Assembly (NCBI GenBank): GCA_050015075.1
Contig: JBEKCB010000023.1
Coordinates: 1 to 64,000, forward strand
Reading direction: 5' to 3'
DNA length: 64,000 nt
Source: Candidatus Brocadiia bacterium
GTDB lineage: Bacteria > Planctomycetota > Brocadiia > CAIUPP01
The notes under the pieces were generated by a model that saw nothing but the letters and a program-made list of their open reading frames with translations, made no database searches and was not told where the DNA came from. A program made the position numbers and the translations under genes. The first letter of the stretch is position 1; each line of letters begins with the position of its first letter. Positions 25,868 through 34,679 of the stretch are shown piece after piece.

Positions 25868-26535
25868 AAATCCGCATCGCGCCGTCGCTGATGTGCTCGG
25901 ACTTCCGCAGCATCGAGGCCGAAGTCAAGCTCTTCGAGCGGAACGGTCTCGAACTGCTGCACTTCGACATGATGGACGGCCACTTCGTGCCGAACCTGAT
26001 GCTGGGGCCGGGCCTGGTCAAGGCGGTCTCCGCGATGACGAGCCTGACGCCGGACATTCACATGATGGTGGAAAACCCTGAGCACTTTCTGCCGGCCCTG
26101 GAGCTGGCGGGGAAGCGCCCGCTGATCAGCGTGCACGTGGAACTCGGGCGGAAAGTCGAGGGGCTCATCCGCGCGATCCGCGCGCAGGGCGGCCGGCCCG
26201 CCGTGGCGATCAGCCCGCAGACGCCGATCCAGGCCCTGGCGCCGCTGCTGCCGACCGTCGAGCTGGCGCTCGTCATGGCGGTGCGGCCCGGCCACGCCGG
26301 CCAGGAAATGCTCCCGGGCGCGATCGAGCGCATCGCCGAACTCAAAGAAATGACCGCCCGTTTCGGCGTCTCGCCGCTGATCGAAGTGGACGGCAACACG
26401 ACGTTCGAGAACATCCGAAAAATGGCCGCCGCCGGCGCGGACGTCATCGTGGCGGGCACCAGTTGCCTCTATCGCAAGGGCGTCCCGCTCGAGGCGGCGC
26501 TGGATGAGTTGATCGGGTTCGCCGCGTCGTTGTGA
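25864..26535 (+). CDS. Ribulose-phosphate 3-epimerase family protein (Rpe/AlsE-like)
   Basis: IAPSLMC, HFDMMDGHFVPNL, DIHMMV, VDGN and VAGTS. Confidence 0.88.
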   Translation: MKIRIAPSLMCSDFRSIEAEVKLFERNGLELLHFDMMDGHFVPNLMLGPGLVKAVSAMTSLTPDIHMMVENPEHFLPALELAGKRPLISVHVELGRKVEGLIRAIRAQGGRPAVAISPQTPIQALAPLLPTVELALVMAVRPGHAGQEMLPGAIERIAELKEMTARFGVSPLIEVDGNTTFENIRKMAAAGADVIVAGTSCLYRKGVPLEAALDELIGFAASL

Positions 26536-26553
26536 TGGCCGGAGGGCTTTTCG

Positions 26554-27999
26554 ATGCTGCAAGCGAAATCGGTGTTTTCCTGGTTCGGCTCGCGTCACGT
26601 CAGCAGCCTTCTGCGCGGCCTGATGTTGCTTTCCTTGCTTTCCGTCTCGACTGCCGGCGCGGCTGCGTCACCGCCGGCGACCAAGTACAATCTTCTTGTC
26701 ATCTCGATAGATACCTGCCGCGCCGACCACCTGGCCTGCTACGGCTATAACCGGGACACCTCGCCGCATCTCGATCAACTGGCCAGGGAAGGGGTTCTTT
26801 TTGAGAATCTGACCGCGGCGGCGTCGTGGACGGTGCCTTCGCACATGAGCATGTTCACCTCGCTTTATCCCAGCGTCCACGGTGTGCAGACCTTCACCAG
26901 TCAACTGGGCGAAGGTGTTCCGACGCTGGCGCAGTGCCTGGCTCAAAGTGGATATGTGACAGCGGCTTTTGTCACCGGGCCCGTGTTGAATCACTATTTC
27001 GGATTCAACCGCGGCTTTCAGTACTATGACGACTTCACGGCCGACCTGACGTTCGACAATACGCAGTCGCTGACTCGCATGACGAAGGGTACCAGTGTGC
27101 TCGACCGGGTCATCACGAATCCCATAATCACGAACCTGGCGACGCAATGGCTCAAGGTGCACTCCCGCGACAATTTCTTCCTCTTCCTGCACTATTGGGA
27201 CTGCCATTACGACTATATTCCGCCCGCGCCCTTCGACAAGAAATTCGATCCCGACTACCAGGGCCCGGAGAACGGCCGCGACATCCTCAAGCGCGAGCCC
27301 GAGATCGTAAGATCTATGTCGGCCAGGGACCTGGCGCACATGGTGGCTCTCTACGACGGGGAAATCGCCCACACCGACGGGCATGTCGGCAAGGTCCTTG
27401 AACTTCTTCAGAATCTGGGCCTTTCTGAGAAGACGCTGGTGATCGTAGTGTCCGATCATGGCGAGGCATTTCTCGAGCATGGCAGGATTCGCCACGCCAA
27501 CAGCCTGTACGAAGAGGTGCTTCATGTGCCGCTGATCATGCGGCTGCCGGGCGTGATCCCGGCCGGCAAGCGCGTGGCCGGAAACGTCAGCCACGTTGAC
27601 TTGATGCCCACCGCGCTGGGGCTTCTCCATCTGCCAGGCCCGGCGCAGATTCAAGGGATTGACCTGTCGCCGGCGATTCTAAGCGATCAACCGGTTCCCG
27701 AGCGCCTGATCTACAGCGAGCTGGCGTTTAACGGGCTCAACTTGAGAGCGGTTCGCTGGGGTAATCGCAAGCTCCTGGGCCCAACGGGAACAGTTGCCGG
27801 CGCCGAACTGGAAGAACTGGCAGGCAACCGCGAGAAGGTCATCGCCGGGTGGATGGCGCTGGCGAAAGTCTGTCCGGAGGTTGCAATCCGAGCCTTCTTG
27901 AAGGGGCCGCTTTCAATCCCCGCGGCCAATGCGACGAAAGCGAATGAACCGGATGCGGAGCTGATCAAACGCCTCAAGAGCCTCGGCTACACGCAGTGA
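26554..27999 (+). CDS. Ser-type sulfatase (secreted)
   Basis: ISIDTCRADHL, SWTVPSHMSMFTS, LYDGEI, SDHGE, HVPLI and C-terminal LKSLGY. Confidence 0.88.
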   Translation: MLQAKSVFSWFGSRHVSSLLRGLMLLSLLSVSTAGAAASPPATKYNLLVISIDTCRADHLACYGYNRDTSPHLDQLAREGVLFENLTAAASWTVPSHMSMFTSLYPSVHGVQTFTSQLGEGVPTLAQCLAQSGYVTAAFVTGPVLNHYFGFNRGFQYYDDFTADLTFDNTQSLTRMTKGTSVLDRVITNPIITNLATQWLKVHSRDNFFLFLHYWDCHYDYIPPAPFDKKFDPDYQGPENGRDILKREPEIVRSMSARDLAHMVALYDGEIAHTDGHVGKVLELLQNLGLSEKTLVIVVSDHGEAFLEHGRIRHANSLYEEVLHVPLIMRLPGVIPAGKRVAGNVSHVDLMPTALGLLHLPGPAQIQGIDLSPAILSDQPVPERLIYSELAFNGLNLRAVRWGNRKLLGPTGTVAGAELEELAGNREKVIAGWMALAKVCPEVAIRAFLKGPLSIPAANATKANEPDAELIKRLKSLGYTQ

Positions 28000-28074
28000 A
28001 GGGTTGCTTGCAGCCGCGCCGTCAGGCGCTGCCAGCGGAATGTAAACCATCGTCGCGGCATGAAAATAATTGAC

Positions 28075-28103
28075 TTGACAAGCGGGATTCCGACGATCAG
28101 AAT
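28075..28103 (+). promoter_or_regulatory. Sigma70-type promoter
   Basis: TTGACA, 17 bp, CAGAAT with an A/T-rich upstream element. Confidence 0.55.
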
Positions 28104-28184
28104 CCGGCATCTGACGTCTGACTGACCTTTGGAATGCGGCCGCCTGGGAAATTCCGGGTGACATGAGAGGAGCGCGTTCTGCGC

Positions 28185-28400
28185 ATGTGTTGTCCGCCGG
28201 TCGTCGCGGTCGGGATTTTCCTCCTGGTCCGGCCGGCGTACGGCTACATTGATCCCGGGACGGGCAGCTATGTGCTCCAGATACTGCTGGGGCTCCTGTT
28301 CGCCGCGGCTTACACGCTGAAAATCTACTGGCGCCACGTCGTGGGGTTCTTCCGGTACACGTTCAGCCGGAAGCGCGGCGGCGAGAAGCCGCAGAAATGA
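28185..28400 (+). CDS. Small membrane protein with a YIDPGTGS motif
   Basis: AYG-YIDPGTGSYVLQILLG, then a TM helix and basic tail; N-terminus uncertain. Confidence 0.7.
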   Translation: MCCPPVVAVGIFLLVRPAYGYIDPGTGSYVLQILLGLLFAAAYTLKIYWRHVVGFFRYTFSRKRGGEKPQK

Positions 28401-28440
28401 TCGGTCCTTCCGCGCCCGGCGGGTATTCTGCACGGCAGTG

Positions 28441-28537
28441 AATCGTCCTCGTCCTCGTCGTCGTCCTCGTCCTCGATTAGCCGTTCTTGCCGTCCGAGGA
28501 CGACGACGAGGACGAGAACGTCGAGGACGAGGACGAT
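28441..28537. repeat. REP-like (CGTCCT)n/(AGGACG)n hairpin, copy 1
   Basis: AATCGTCCTCGTCCTCGTCGTCGTCCTCGTCCTCG ... GAGAACGTCGAGGACGAGGACGAT between convergent genes. Confidence 0.8.
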
Positions 28538-28547
28538 AAGATATGGA

Positions 28548-29783
28548 TCACTTACCCTTCAACAAATCCCCGATCTTCACCCACGCGCCGTTGCTCTGCA
28601 TCGAGCGCGTGGCCGCCACGCCGACGAGGATGCTGCGCGCAGCGTCCAGCGACCCGGCCTGATGCCCGAGCGGGTCGGCATGGCCCTTCTCGAAAATCAT
28701 CTTCCGCAGCAGATCGTCGCCGCCGCCGTGCCCGCCGATCGCCTTCGGCGGCACCATGTACGTGCGGATCCCGTCGTTGAGCAGCACCGTGATCCGCCGT
28801 TCGCGCGGCTCCACCCATTCGTCGGACGGCCCGTGCACCTCCAGGTATTCCAGCCGCCCCTTCTTTCCCTGGACCTCCAGCCGGTAGCCTTCCCACGGAG
28901 ACCACGCCTGGAGCGAGTACGCCAGCCGCGCGCCGCGCCGGTAGTTCACCAGCAGCGAATAATTGTCCTCGATATCAATCTCCTCGTCGAACACGCACCC
29001 GTCGCGGAAGTAGCCGGTCTCCTTCTCGGCGGCCACGTAGAACTTCACGTACTCCGGGTTCGACGTCACGTCCCAGTAGAACCGGCATCGCCCGCGATGC
29101 GGGCAGCCGCGGCAGCGCTTTGAGCGGAAGGGCCCGTTCCTGCCGTAGAAAGCCAGGCTGCCCTGCGCGGCGACGGAGACCGGCTCGTCCTGGATGATCC
29201 AGTTGACCAGGTCGAAGTGGTGCGTGGACTTGTGGACCTGCAAGCCGCCGGTATTCGCGCGCCGCCGGTGCCAGCGGCGGAAATAGTCCGCGCCGTGGAT
29301 CATGTCGAGGGGCCAGTGCATGTCCACAGTCACCACCTCGCCGATGGCGCCGTCGGCGATGATCCGGCGGATAGCCGTCGCCGGCGGCGCGTAGCGGTAA
29401 TTGAACGTGATCGTCACCTTGCGCCCGCTCCGCTTCTCCGCGCGCAGGATCGCCCGGCACTTCTCGTCGTCAAACGTCATAGGCTTCTCGCAGATCACGT
29501 CCTTCCCGGCTGCGAGTCCCTTGATAATGTACTCGTGGTGGAAAGTATCCTGCGTAACGACGATCAGCGTATCGAACGCCACCTCGCGCAGCATCGCATC
29601 GAAGTCCTGAAAAGTCGGCACCGGCCGGGGCAACTGCGCGTTGGTATAATCCATGTGCACCCGCGAAGGATCGCAAAGCGCCGCGAGTTCGCACGACTCG
29701 CTGAAAGCAGTAGCGATCGGTACCGCGAACATCCCCACCGCCCGGCTGGAAGCCCCGACAATCGCAAAGCGTTTCTTCGTCAT
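28548..29783 (-). CDS. Gfo/Idh/MocA family oxidoreductase
   Basis: MTKKRFAIVG, ICEKPM, FNYRYAP, HGADYFRRWHR, HKSTHHFDL and GGHGGGD; GGAG SD upstream of ATG 29783. Confidence 0.9.
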   Translation of the reverse strand: MTKKRFAIVGASSRAVGMFAVPIATAFSESCELAALCDPSRVHMDYTNAQLPRPVPTFQDFDAMLREVAFDTLIVVTQDTFHHEYIIKGLAAGKDVICEKPMTFDDEKCRAILRAEKRSGRKVTITFNYRYAPPATAIRRIIADGAIGEVVTVDMHWPLDMIHGADYFRRWHRRRANTGGLQVHKSTHHFDLVNWIIQDEPVSVAAQGSLAFYGRNGPFRSKRCRGCPHRGRCRFYWDVTSNPEYVKFYVAAEKETGYFRDGCVFDEEIDIEDNYSLLVNYRRGARLAYSLQAWSPWEGYRLEVQGKKGRLEYLEVHGPSDEWVEPRERRITVLLNDGIRTYMVPPKAIGGHGGGDDLLRKMIFEKGHADPLGHQAGSLDAARSILVGVAATRSMQSNGAWVKIGDLLKGK

Positions 29784-29910
29784 CGAATCACTCTCCAGGG
29801 AGACCCTTCGGCCGACAGACGACTTCCCCGCCCGATATACAAAAGAAGCAGGGCGGACGTCAACCAGTTGCGATGTTGCCTTGAGAGCGGACCGCGCTGA
29901 AGGCGCGGTC

Positions 29911-32900
29911 TTAGCGCAAATCTTTTCCATTCACGTACCACTGCCTCAACAGCGCCGAGATGCCCTCACGCAGGCTCTGATCGCTCGTGCGTGTGGCGAC
30001 TACTTCCTCGAAGCGCTTGGCGGCGGCGGTAACGCGCCCCTCGATATCTTTGCGCCACTGTTTGCACGTCGCCTCGTCAGATGGAATCTCAAGCGTGCCG
30101 CGAATGTCGAGGTTGGCGAGCGCGGCGACGAGGGCGGCCTGCGCTGGCCCCGCGTATTCCTCGTGGTGACTATCCTTGCCCTGGACGAACTCGACGCCGC
30201 TTGAGGAAAACATGTGACCGCGACCAAGGGCCTTCGCTTTGCCATCGTGGATGTGTACGGCCGTTAGGGATACTTTGCGCTCCCGCAGCCAGTCAACAAG
30301 TTTTGGTCCCTGCTCTGCCGCGTCAAGCGAGTCCCAAACGCTGGCGGCTATCTCAAACGCTGTCAGTTTGCGTTGCGTACCACCGGCGCGGTTCTCCATG
30401 GACTGGATGTCTTGCGTACGGAGGTATCGATAGTAAAGAGTCGTCTCCGAATAGAGTTCTTCCAGGAGCTTTTCCCGGGCCCGTATGTCGGAGACACCCA
30501 TCAATTCGAGAACCGCATCGTCCAACTCCCATCGGTCCTCCTTTTGCAGTTCACGGGGCAGCGCCGGCGGCTTGGCGAGAATCGCGCGCAATTGTTCTGT
30601 ATAATGGCAATCAAGCAGCGCTCCTTCGACGAGGTGTGTTACGGTCCGTTTTGCCATGCTCGCGAGGGCTGCGGAGAGTCGTGCTGCCAACTCTTTTGAG
30701 ACGCCGCGAGGATCGGGTAGCGGCAAGAGAAGGCAGTCCACCACTTCCGTCTTTAGCGTGCCTTCGGCGCCTGCGTACCTTCCGTAGAAGTGCTTAAAGA
30801 GTCCCACAAGCGTGCTGTTGAGGATCGCGGCCAACGCTTGTCTTTCCTGCCTTGACGGCAAGTCGGGCACAACCGTGTATAGGTTGCAGTTACATATCAA
30901 TCCTTCGGGATTTGCAGGTACGATATGGCGATACTTCTGTGCTTTGGGCCAGAAAGACAGACCCACGGTGGAAGTCGTCAGGTCATACCATAGCGACCTT
31001 CCAACGCAACTGCTGCGCTCGGGAACAGGGACGGCCTTTGACTTAGTTGACTCGAACGTTTGCTTTGCTCCCCAGCGAATGTAGCTGGCGACATAAGTTC
31101 CCGTCAGTTCCTTCAACGGGCGGTCTACCCACAGCACAACACGGCGAACGTCACGAGCGCGGATCACCGGCCGATCCACGGCCATAAGGCTGTGAACTTC
31201 CGGCCGGAGGTAGATGGCCTCAATTGGATGTAGCGTCTTGTCTCCGGCCAATACGATGCGTACGTTGCCGCTTTCGATCTCCTTGATCGGACAGGAGGCC
31301 ATCAAGCCCACATCGATCCACGGCAGTCCTCTTCTGACCGCTGCGAGCGTCTGTTTCGTCACGTCGACCGGCATGAAAAAGTCATCACAGCCACTGGTTA
31401 TTCCACGCCGAATCTCCGCGATTTCGCCCAGTTTCACAAAGCGCTCGCCATAATCCTTCATGATCTTGAAGTAGATGTCCGGCGCGCGAAGGAAACGGCC
31501 CCATTTGCCCGCAACGTAACGGCCGGCACCATAGGATGACTCGGCCTCTCGGATCAGGCCGCTTTCACCGTTCGATCCGGATTCACCGTTGCCGTTGGCG
31601 GTCTCCATATCGCCGCTGGCGAGTACCTTGCCGGCCTCGACGCCTTCGTTCCATAGATCCTGCTGGCTCACGGGGATAATGCGAAGGTGCTCGTCGGAAT
31701 AAGGTTCCTCCGCCGACTCGATGAACTTTCGGAGCTTCGTCGCCGCCTCCTGACGCGCTGTTTCGTCGCTGGGATCATGATCGCCCAGGATCACCGCAAG
31801 CGGTTTTTGAAGGCGCACGAATTTAACTATACTCTTGCTGCGCGCTTTGTCATCGCTGCACCGCTGGAGGATGGTGACGCATGTTTTCACGCGAGCGTCC
31901 TCGAACCACGGCTCGTCAACGCTCTCGATCACGGCGATCAGCCGGAAGTTGTTGAGTATCCAGCCCTGCAGCGGGAAGCCATATTCCACATCGAGCCAAC
32001 TGGAACTGGTGAGGAAACCGAAGTAGCCGCCCTCCTTCAGCCGTTTAGCAGCCACCGGCCAGAAGTAGCAATGAAGGTCGCTGCGCCCGGACAAGTCCAA
32101 GTCGGGCCAAAGGCTCTCCGCCAGATGTTGAAGGTGCTCCTTGCTGTTCTTTCTGCGGCTCTCAAACGAGGGGTCCTTCTCGCCACGACCGCGCTTGATC
32201 GTTGATAGCCTCGGGATCAATTCTTGCCGGACATAGGGCGGGTTGCCGACGACGGCATCGAGCATGGGCAAAGCAACAGGCCAGAGCTTCTTGCCGCCGT
32301 CAGGCCTCCTCATCGGAATTCGGCAGAACTCCTCCGGCTTCTCTATCACCTCGAAGAAGTTGCCGCGCCGAATCAACGGATAGTTCTCCTCGTCTTCGAT
32401 GTGGCGCGAGGCCAGGTTCAATGTCGCAAGATGGGCCGGGAAAAGGGCGATATCGCATCCGAACGTTTCCAAAAGAAGTTCCTGATGCGTCTTGTGCGTG
32501 TCTTGGTGTCGGCGACCGCCTCCCCTGTGTTCGCCGAGCCACGCCTTCCGGTGATAGCCACGAACAAGGAAACTGCCGGAGCCACAAGCGGGATCTAGAA
32601 ACGTGTCGCCCGCCCGACGGATGCAGAAGGCATTGATGAGGTCCACGATGTTCTCGTGGGTGAAGTACTGGCCGAACTTCTGGCGCTCCTCCGGCGCAAT
32701 GAGCTTCTGAAAAATGCCGCCGATAATATCGTGAGGGATATCGCGGAAGTTGTACTGATCGAGGTTCGCCAACACACCTTTCCATCCCTGGCAAGCGTGG
32801 GGTGAGGCGAATACGAGCGCGCCAACCCAGTCGTCCACGTGTGGATAGAAGACCGGCTCGTAGTCGCCGGTGGCTTCGACGGCATCGGCGAACCGATCTC

Positions 32901-33753
32901 GGAAGTATCGGTACTTGTTCTCAAACTCCACCTTGTCGGAAGGCATCACAAGCTTCGGAAGCCGATCCTCGTAACGGGCGCGGATCGTGTCGTAGAAGAT
33001 CGCGCGGTTGGAGAAGACGTAGCAGAGGGTGCGCGCGGAGCGGTCAAGAATCTTGCGCCAGTGGTCGGACTCCTTTGGGTCGATATTCCACTGGAGCTCT
33101 TCGGTCAGCCACTGGGAGAAGCGGCCCCTGAACGCCTTGTCCCGGGCGCATTGTTCCGCTAGATAATTGCGCGTTCCCTCAACCGGCCAGCGAAGATGGC
33201 TTTCCAGGGAGCGGATAAACACTTCGTCCGGCGCCATGGCCCAATCGGGCTTCTTGCCAAGGACGATGTCGGCGAATTCCGCAAAGAACTGCGGCAGGAA
33301 GTAATCACGGATATGGGCCTGAACTTCAGGAAGGGCACACTGCCCCGGATTCGTCAGTTCCAGATGCAAGTCCCATTCCTTCAACCGACGCTCGTGGATA
33401 TCTCGGTTCCAGAGGCTTCGATCGAAGAGGACGAACGTATTCACGTTCCAGGTGAAGAAGTATTGGGCGCGGCAGTTTTCCGCCTTCTCCGAAGCGTCGC
33501 GCATGAGATCGGGATTATACGGCGAGCGGCCTTCAAGCGTGCCCGGCATTTTGACTTCGCCCGAAAGGAGAGGAGTTCGGTCTCCACGCTTCAGGATGCG
33601 CAGATCCTGGCGCTTGTTGCTCCGGGTGCCGTACTCCTCGATGTATGCCTCACAGAAGGGCCACTCGGGGTGCTTCGCAAAGAGCATTTCTGCCCACGTT
33701 TTTACGTCGGCACAGAAGGAGACCTCGTTCTTGCGGGTTCCCGAAGGCGTCAC
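29911..33753 (-). CDS. Type IIG-like restriction-modification fusion (endonuclease + N6-adenine methyltransferase + TRD)
   Basis: N-terminal D..ExK-like RQDLRIL...SGEVK; GQYFT; FLDPACGSG (motif I); VGNPPY (motif IV); 1280 aa; codon usage more AT-rich than neighbours. Confidence 0.85.
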   Translation of the reverse strand: MTPSGTRKNEVSFCADVKTWAEMLFAKHPEWPFCEAYIEEYGTRSNKRQDLRILKRGDRTPLLSGEVKMPGTLEGRSPYNPDLMRDASEKAENCRAQYFFTWNVNTFVLFDRSLWNRDIHERRLKEWDLHLELTNPGQCALPEVQAHIRDYFLPQFFAEFADIVLGKKPDWAMAPDEVFIRSLESHLRWPVEGTRNYLAEQCARDKAFRGRFSQWLTEELQWNIDPKESDHWRKILDRSARTLCYVFSNRAIFYDTIRARYEDRLPKLVMPSDKVEFENKYRYFRDRFADAVEATGDYEPVFYPHVDDWVGALVFASPHACQGWKGVLANLDQYNFRDIPHDIIGGIFQKLIAPEERQKFGQYFTHENIVDLINAFCIRRAGDTFLDPACGSGSFLVRGYHRKAWLGEHRGGGRRHQDTHKTHQELLLETFGCDIALFPAHLATLNLASRHIEDEENYPLIRRGNFFEVIEKPEEFCRIPMRRPDGGKKLWPVALPMLDAVVGNPPYVRQELIPRLSTIKRGRGEKDPSFESRRKNSKEHLQHLAESLWPDLDLSGRSDLHCYFWPVAAKRLKEGGYFGFLTSSSWLDVEYGFPLQGWILNNFRLIAVIESVDEPWFEDARVKTCVTILQRCSDDKARSKSIVKFVRLQKPLAVILGDHDPSDETARQEAATKLRKFIESAEEPYSDEHLRIIPVSQQDLWNEGVEAGKVLASGDMETANGNGESGSNGESGLIREAESSYGAGRYVAGKWGRFLRAPDIYFKIMKDYGERFVKLGEIAEIRRGITSGCDDFFMPVDVTKQTLAAVRRGLPWIDVGLMASCPIKEIESGNVRIVLAGDKTLHPIEAIYLRPEVHSLMAVDRPVIRARDVRRVVLWVDRPLKELTGTYVASYIRWGAKQTFESTKSKAVPVPERSSCVGRSLWYDLTTSTVGLSFWPKAQKYRHIVPANPEGLICNCNLYTVVPDLPSRQERQALAAILNSTLVGLFKHFYGRYAGAEGTLKTEVVDCLLLPLPDPRGVSKELAARLSAALASMAKRTVTHLVEGALLDCHYTEQLRAILAKPPALPRELQKEDRWELDDAVLELMGVSDIRAREKLLEELYSETTLYYRYLRTQDIQSMENRAGGTQRKLTAFEIAASVWDSLDAAEQGPKLVDWLRERKVSLTAVHIHDGKAKALGRGHMFSSSGVEFVQGKDSHHEEYAGPAQAALVAALANLDIRGTLEIPSDEATCKQWRKDIEGRVTAAAKRFEEVVATRTSDQSLREGISALLRQWYVNGKDLR

Positions 33754-33955
33754 TTTCTTTGTAACCTCGGTCTGGTGTACTCGCCAAACGATAAGGCGGA
33801 AAGCCGCGCGAGTTCCGGCGGTTCGGGCACGCTACCCTCTCCGCCCGGATCGGATTCTACATCATCCTGCCGGCGTTAATCTACCATCAGCACTTTGCAT
33901 TTTCAGTTCCCTTCCAATATGATTACGGAGAGTTTTGTGGCAGAAATGGCATCGC

Positions 33956-34600
33956 TTGGTCCTGATTATTGACAATTACGACTCGTTCACCTACAACCTC
34001 GTCCAGCGGCTGGGCGAGTTGGGGGCGGTGGTCGAGGTCTTTCGGAACGATAAGATCACGGTCGCCGAGATCGAGGCGCGCCGGCCCAGCCATATCATCG
34101 TCAGCCCCGGTCCGTGCACGCCGAAGGAGGCAGGGATCTCGAACGACGTGATCCGCCACTTCGCCGGCAAGGTGCCGGTGCTCGGCGTTTGCCTGGGCCA
34201 CCAGTGCATCGGCTACGCCTTCGGCGCGACCGTGACGCGCGCGCGACGGCTCATGCATGGCAAGACTTCGCTCATCCAGCACGACGGAGAGGCGATCTAC
34301 CGCGGGCTGCCGAACCCGTTCGTCGCCACGCGCTACCATTCGCTCTGCGTCGTCGAGGCAACCGTGCCGCCCGAGTTCGTCGTCACCGCGCACGCCGAGA
34401 AGGACGAGGTGATGGGCATCCGCCACCGCACGATGCCGGTCGAGGGCGTGCAGTTTCATCCGGAGTCGTTTCTCACAACCGAAGGGCCGAAGCTGCTGAG
34501 GAATTTCCTGGACGAATCCGTCGGCAATGTGGACGTTCGCACAAAGGAATCAATGGTCTCGCCAAGGCGCAAAGGGCGCAAAGAACGAAAAACAACCTGA
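33956..34600 (+). CDS. pabA: Aminodeoxychorismate/anthranilate synthase glutamine amidotransferase (PabA/TrpG)
   Basis: IDNYDSFTYNLVQ, SPGPCTP, GVCLGHQ, MHGK, TRYHSL and GVQFHPES. Confidence 0.92.
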   Translation: MVLIIDNYDSFTYNLVQRLGELGAVVEVFRNDKITVAEIEARRPSHIIVSPGPCTPKEAGISNDVIRHFAGKVPVLGVCLGHQCIGYAFGATVTRARRLMHGKTSLIQHDGEAIYRGLPNPFVATRYHSLCVVEATVPPEFVVTAHAEKDEVMGIRHRTMPVEGVQFHPESFLTTEGPKLLRNFLDESVGNVDVRTKESMVSPRRKGRKERKTT

Positions 34601-34637
34601 TGATGTTTTTCCTGGCGCTCTCTGCGTCTTTGCGAGA
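34557..34637. repeat. REP-like (GCGCAAAG)n hairpin overlapping the pabA 3' end
   Basis: TCTCGCCAAGGCGCAAAGGGCGCAAAG ... CTGGCGCTCTCTGCGTCTTTGCGAGA. Confidence 0.65.
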
Positions 34638-34679
34638 GATCTTTCCTTCTGTTGCACAAAGATCGGTAGGCAGTGATCC

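Noticed and set aside
28163-28200. Possible one-base frameshift giving the YIDPGTGS protein a longer N-terminus (MRGARSAHVLSA-VVAVGIF)
   Set aside because: It cannot be distinguished from a genuine start at 28185 without reads or orthologs.
28441-28537. CRISPR array or Asp/Glu-rich ORF 28487-28780
   Set aside because: There is no repeat-spacer periodicity and no cas genes; the acidic peptide is a translation of the hairpin repeat, antisense to a real gene.
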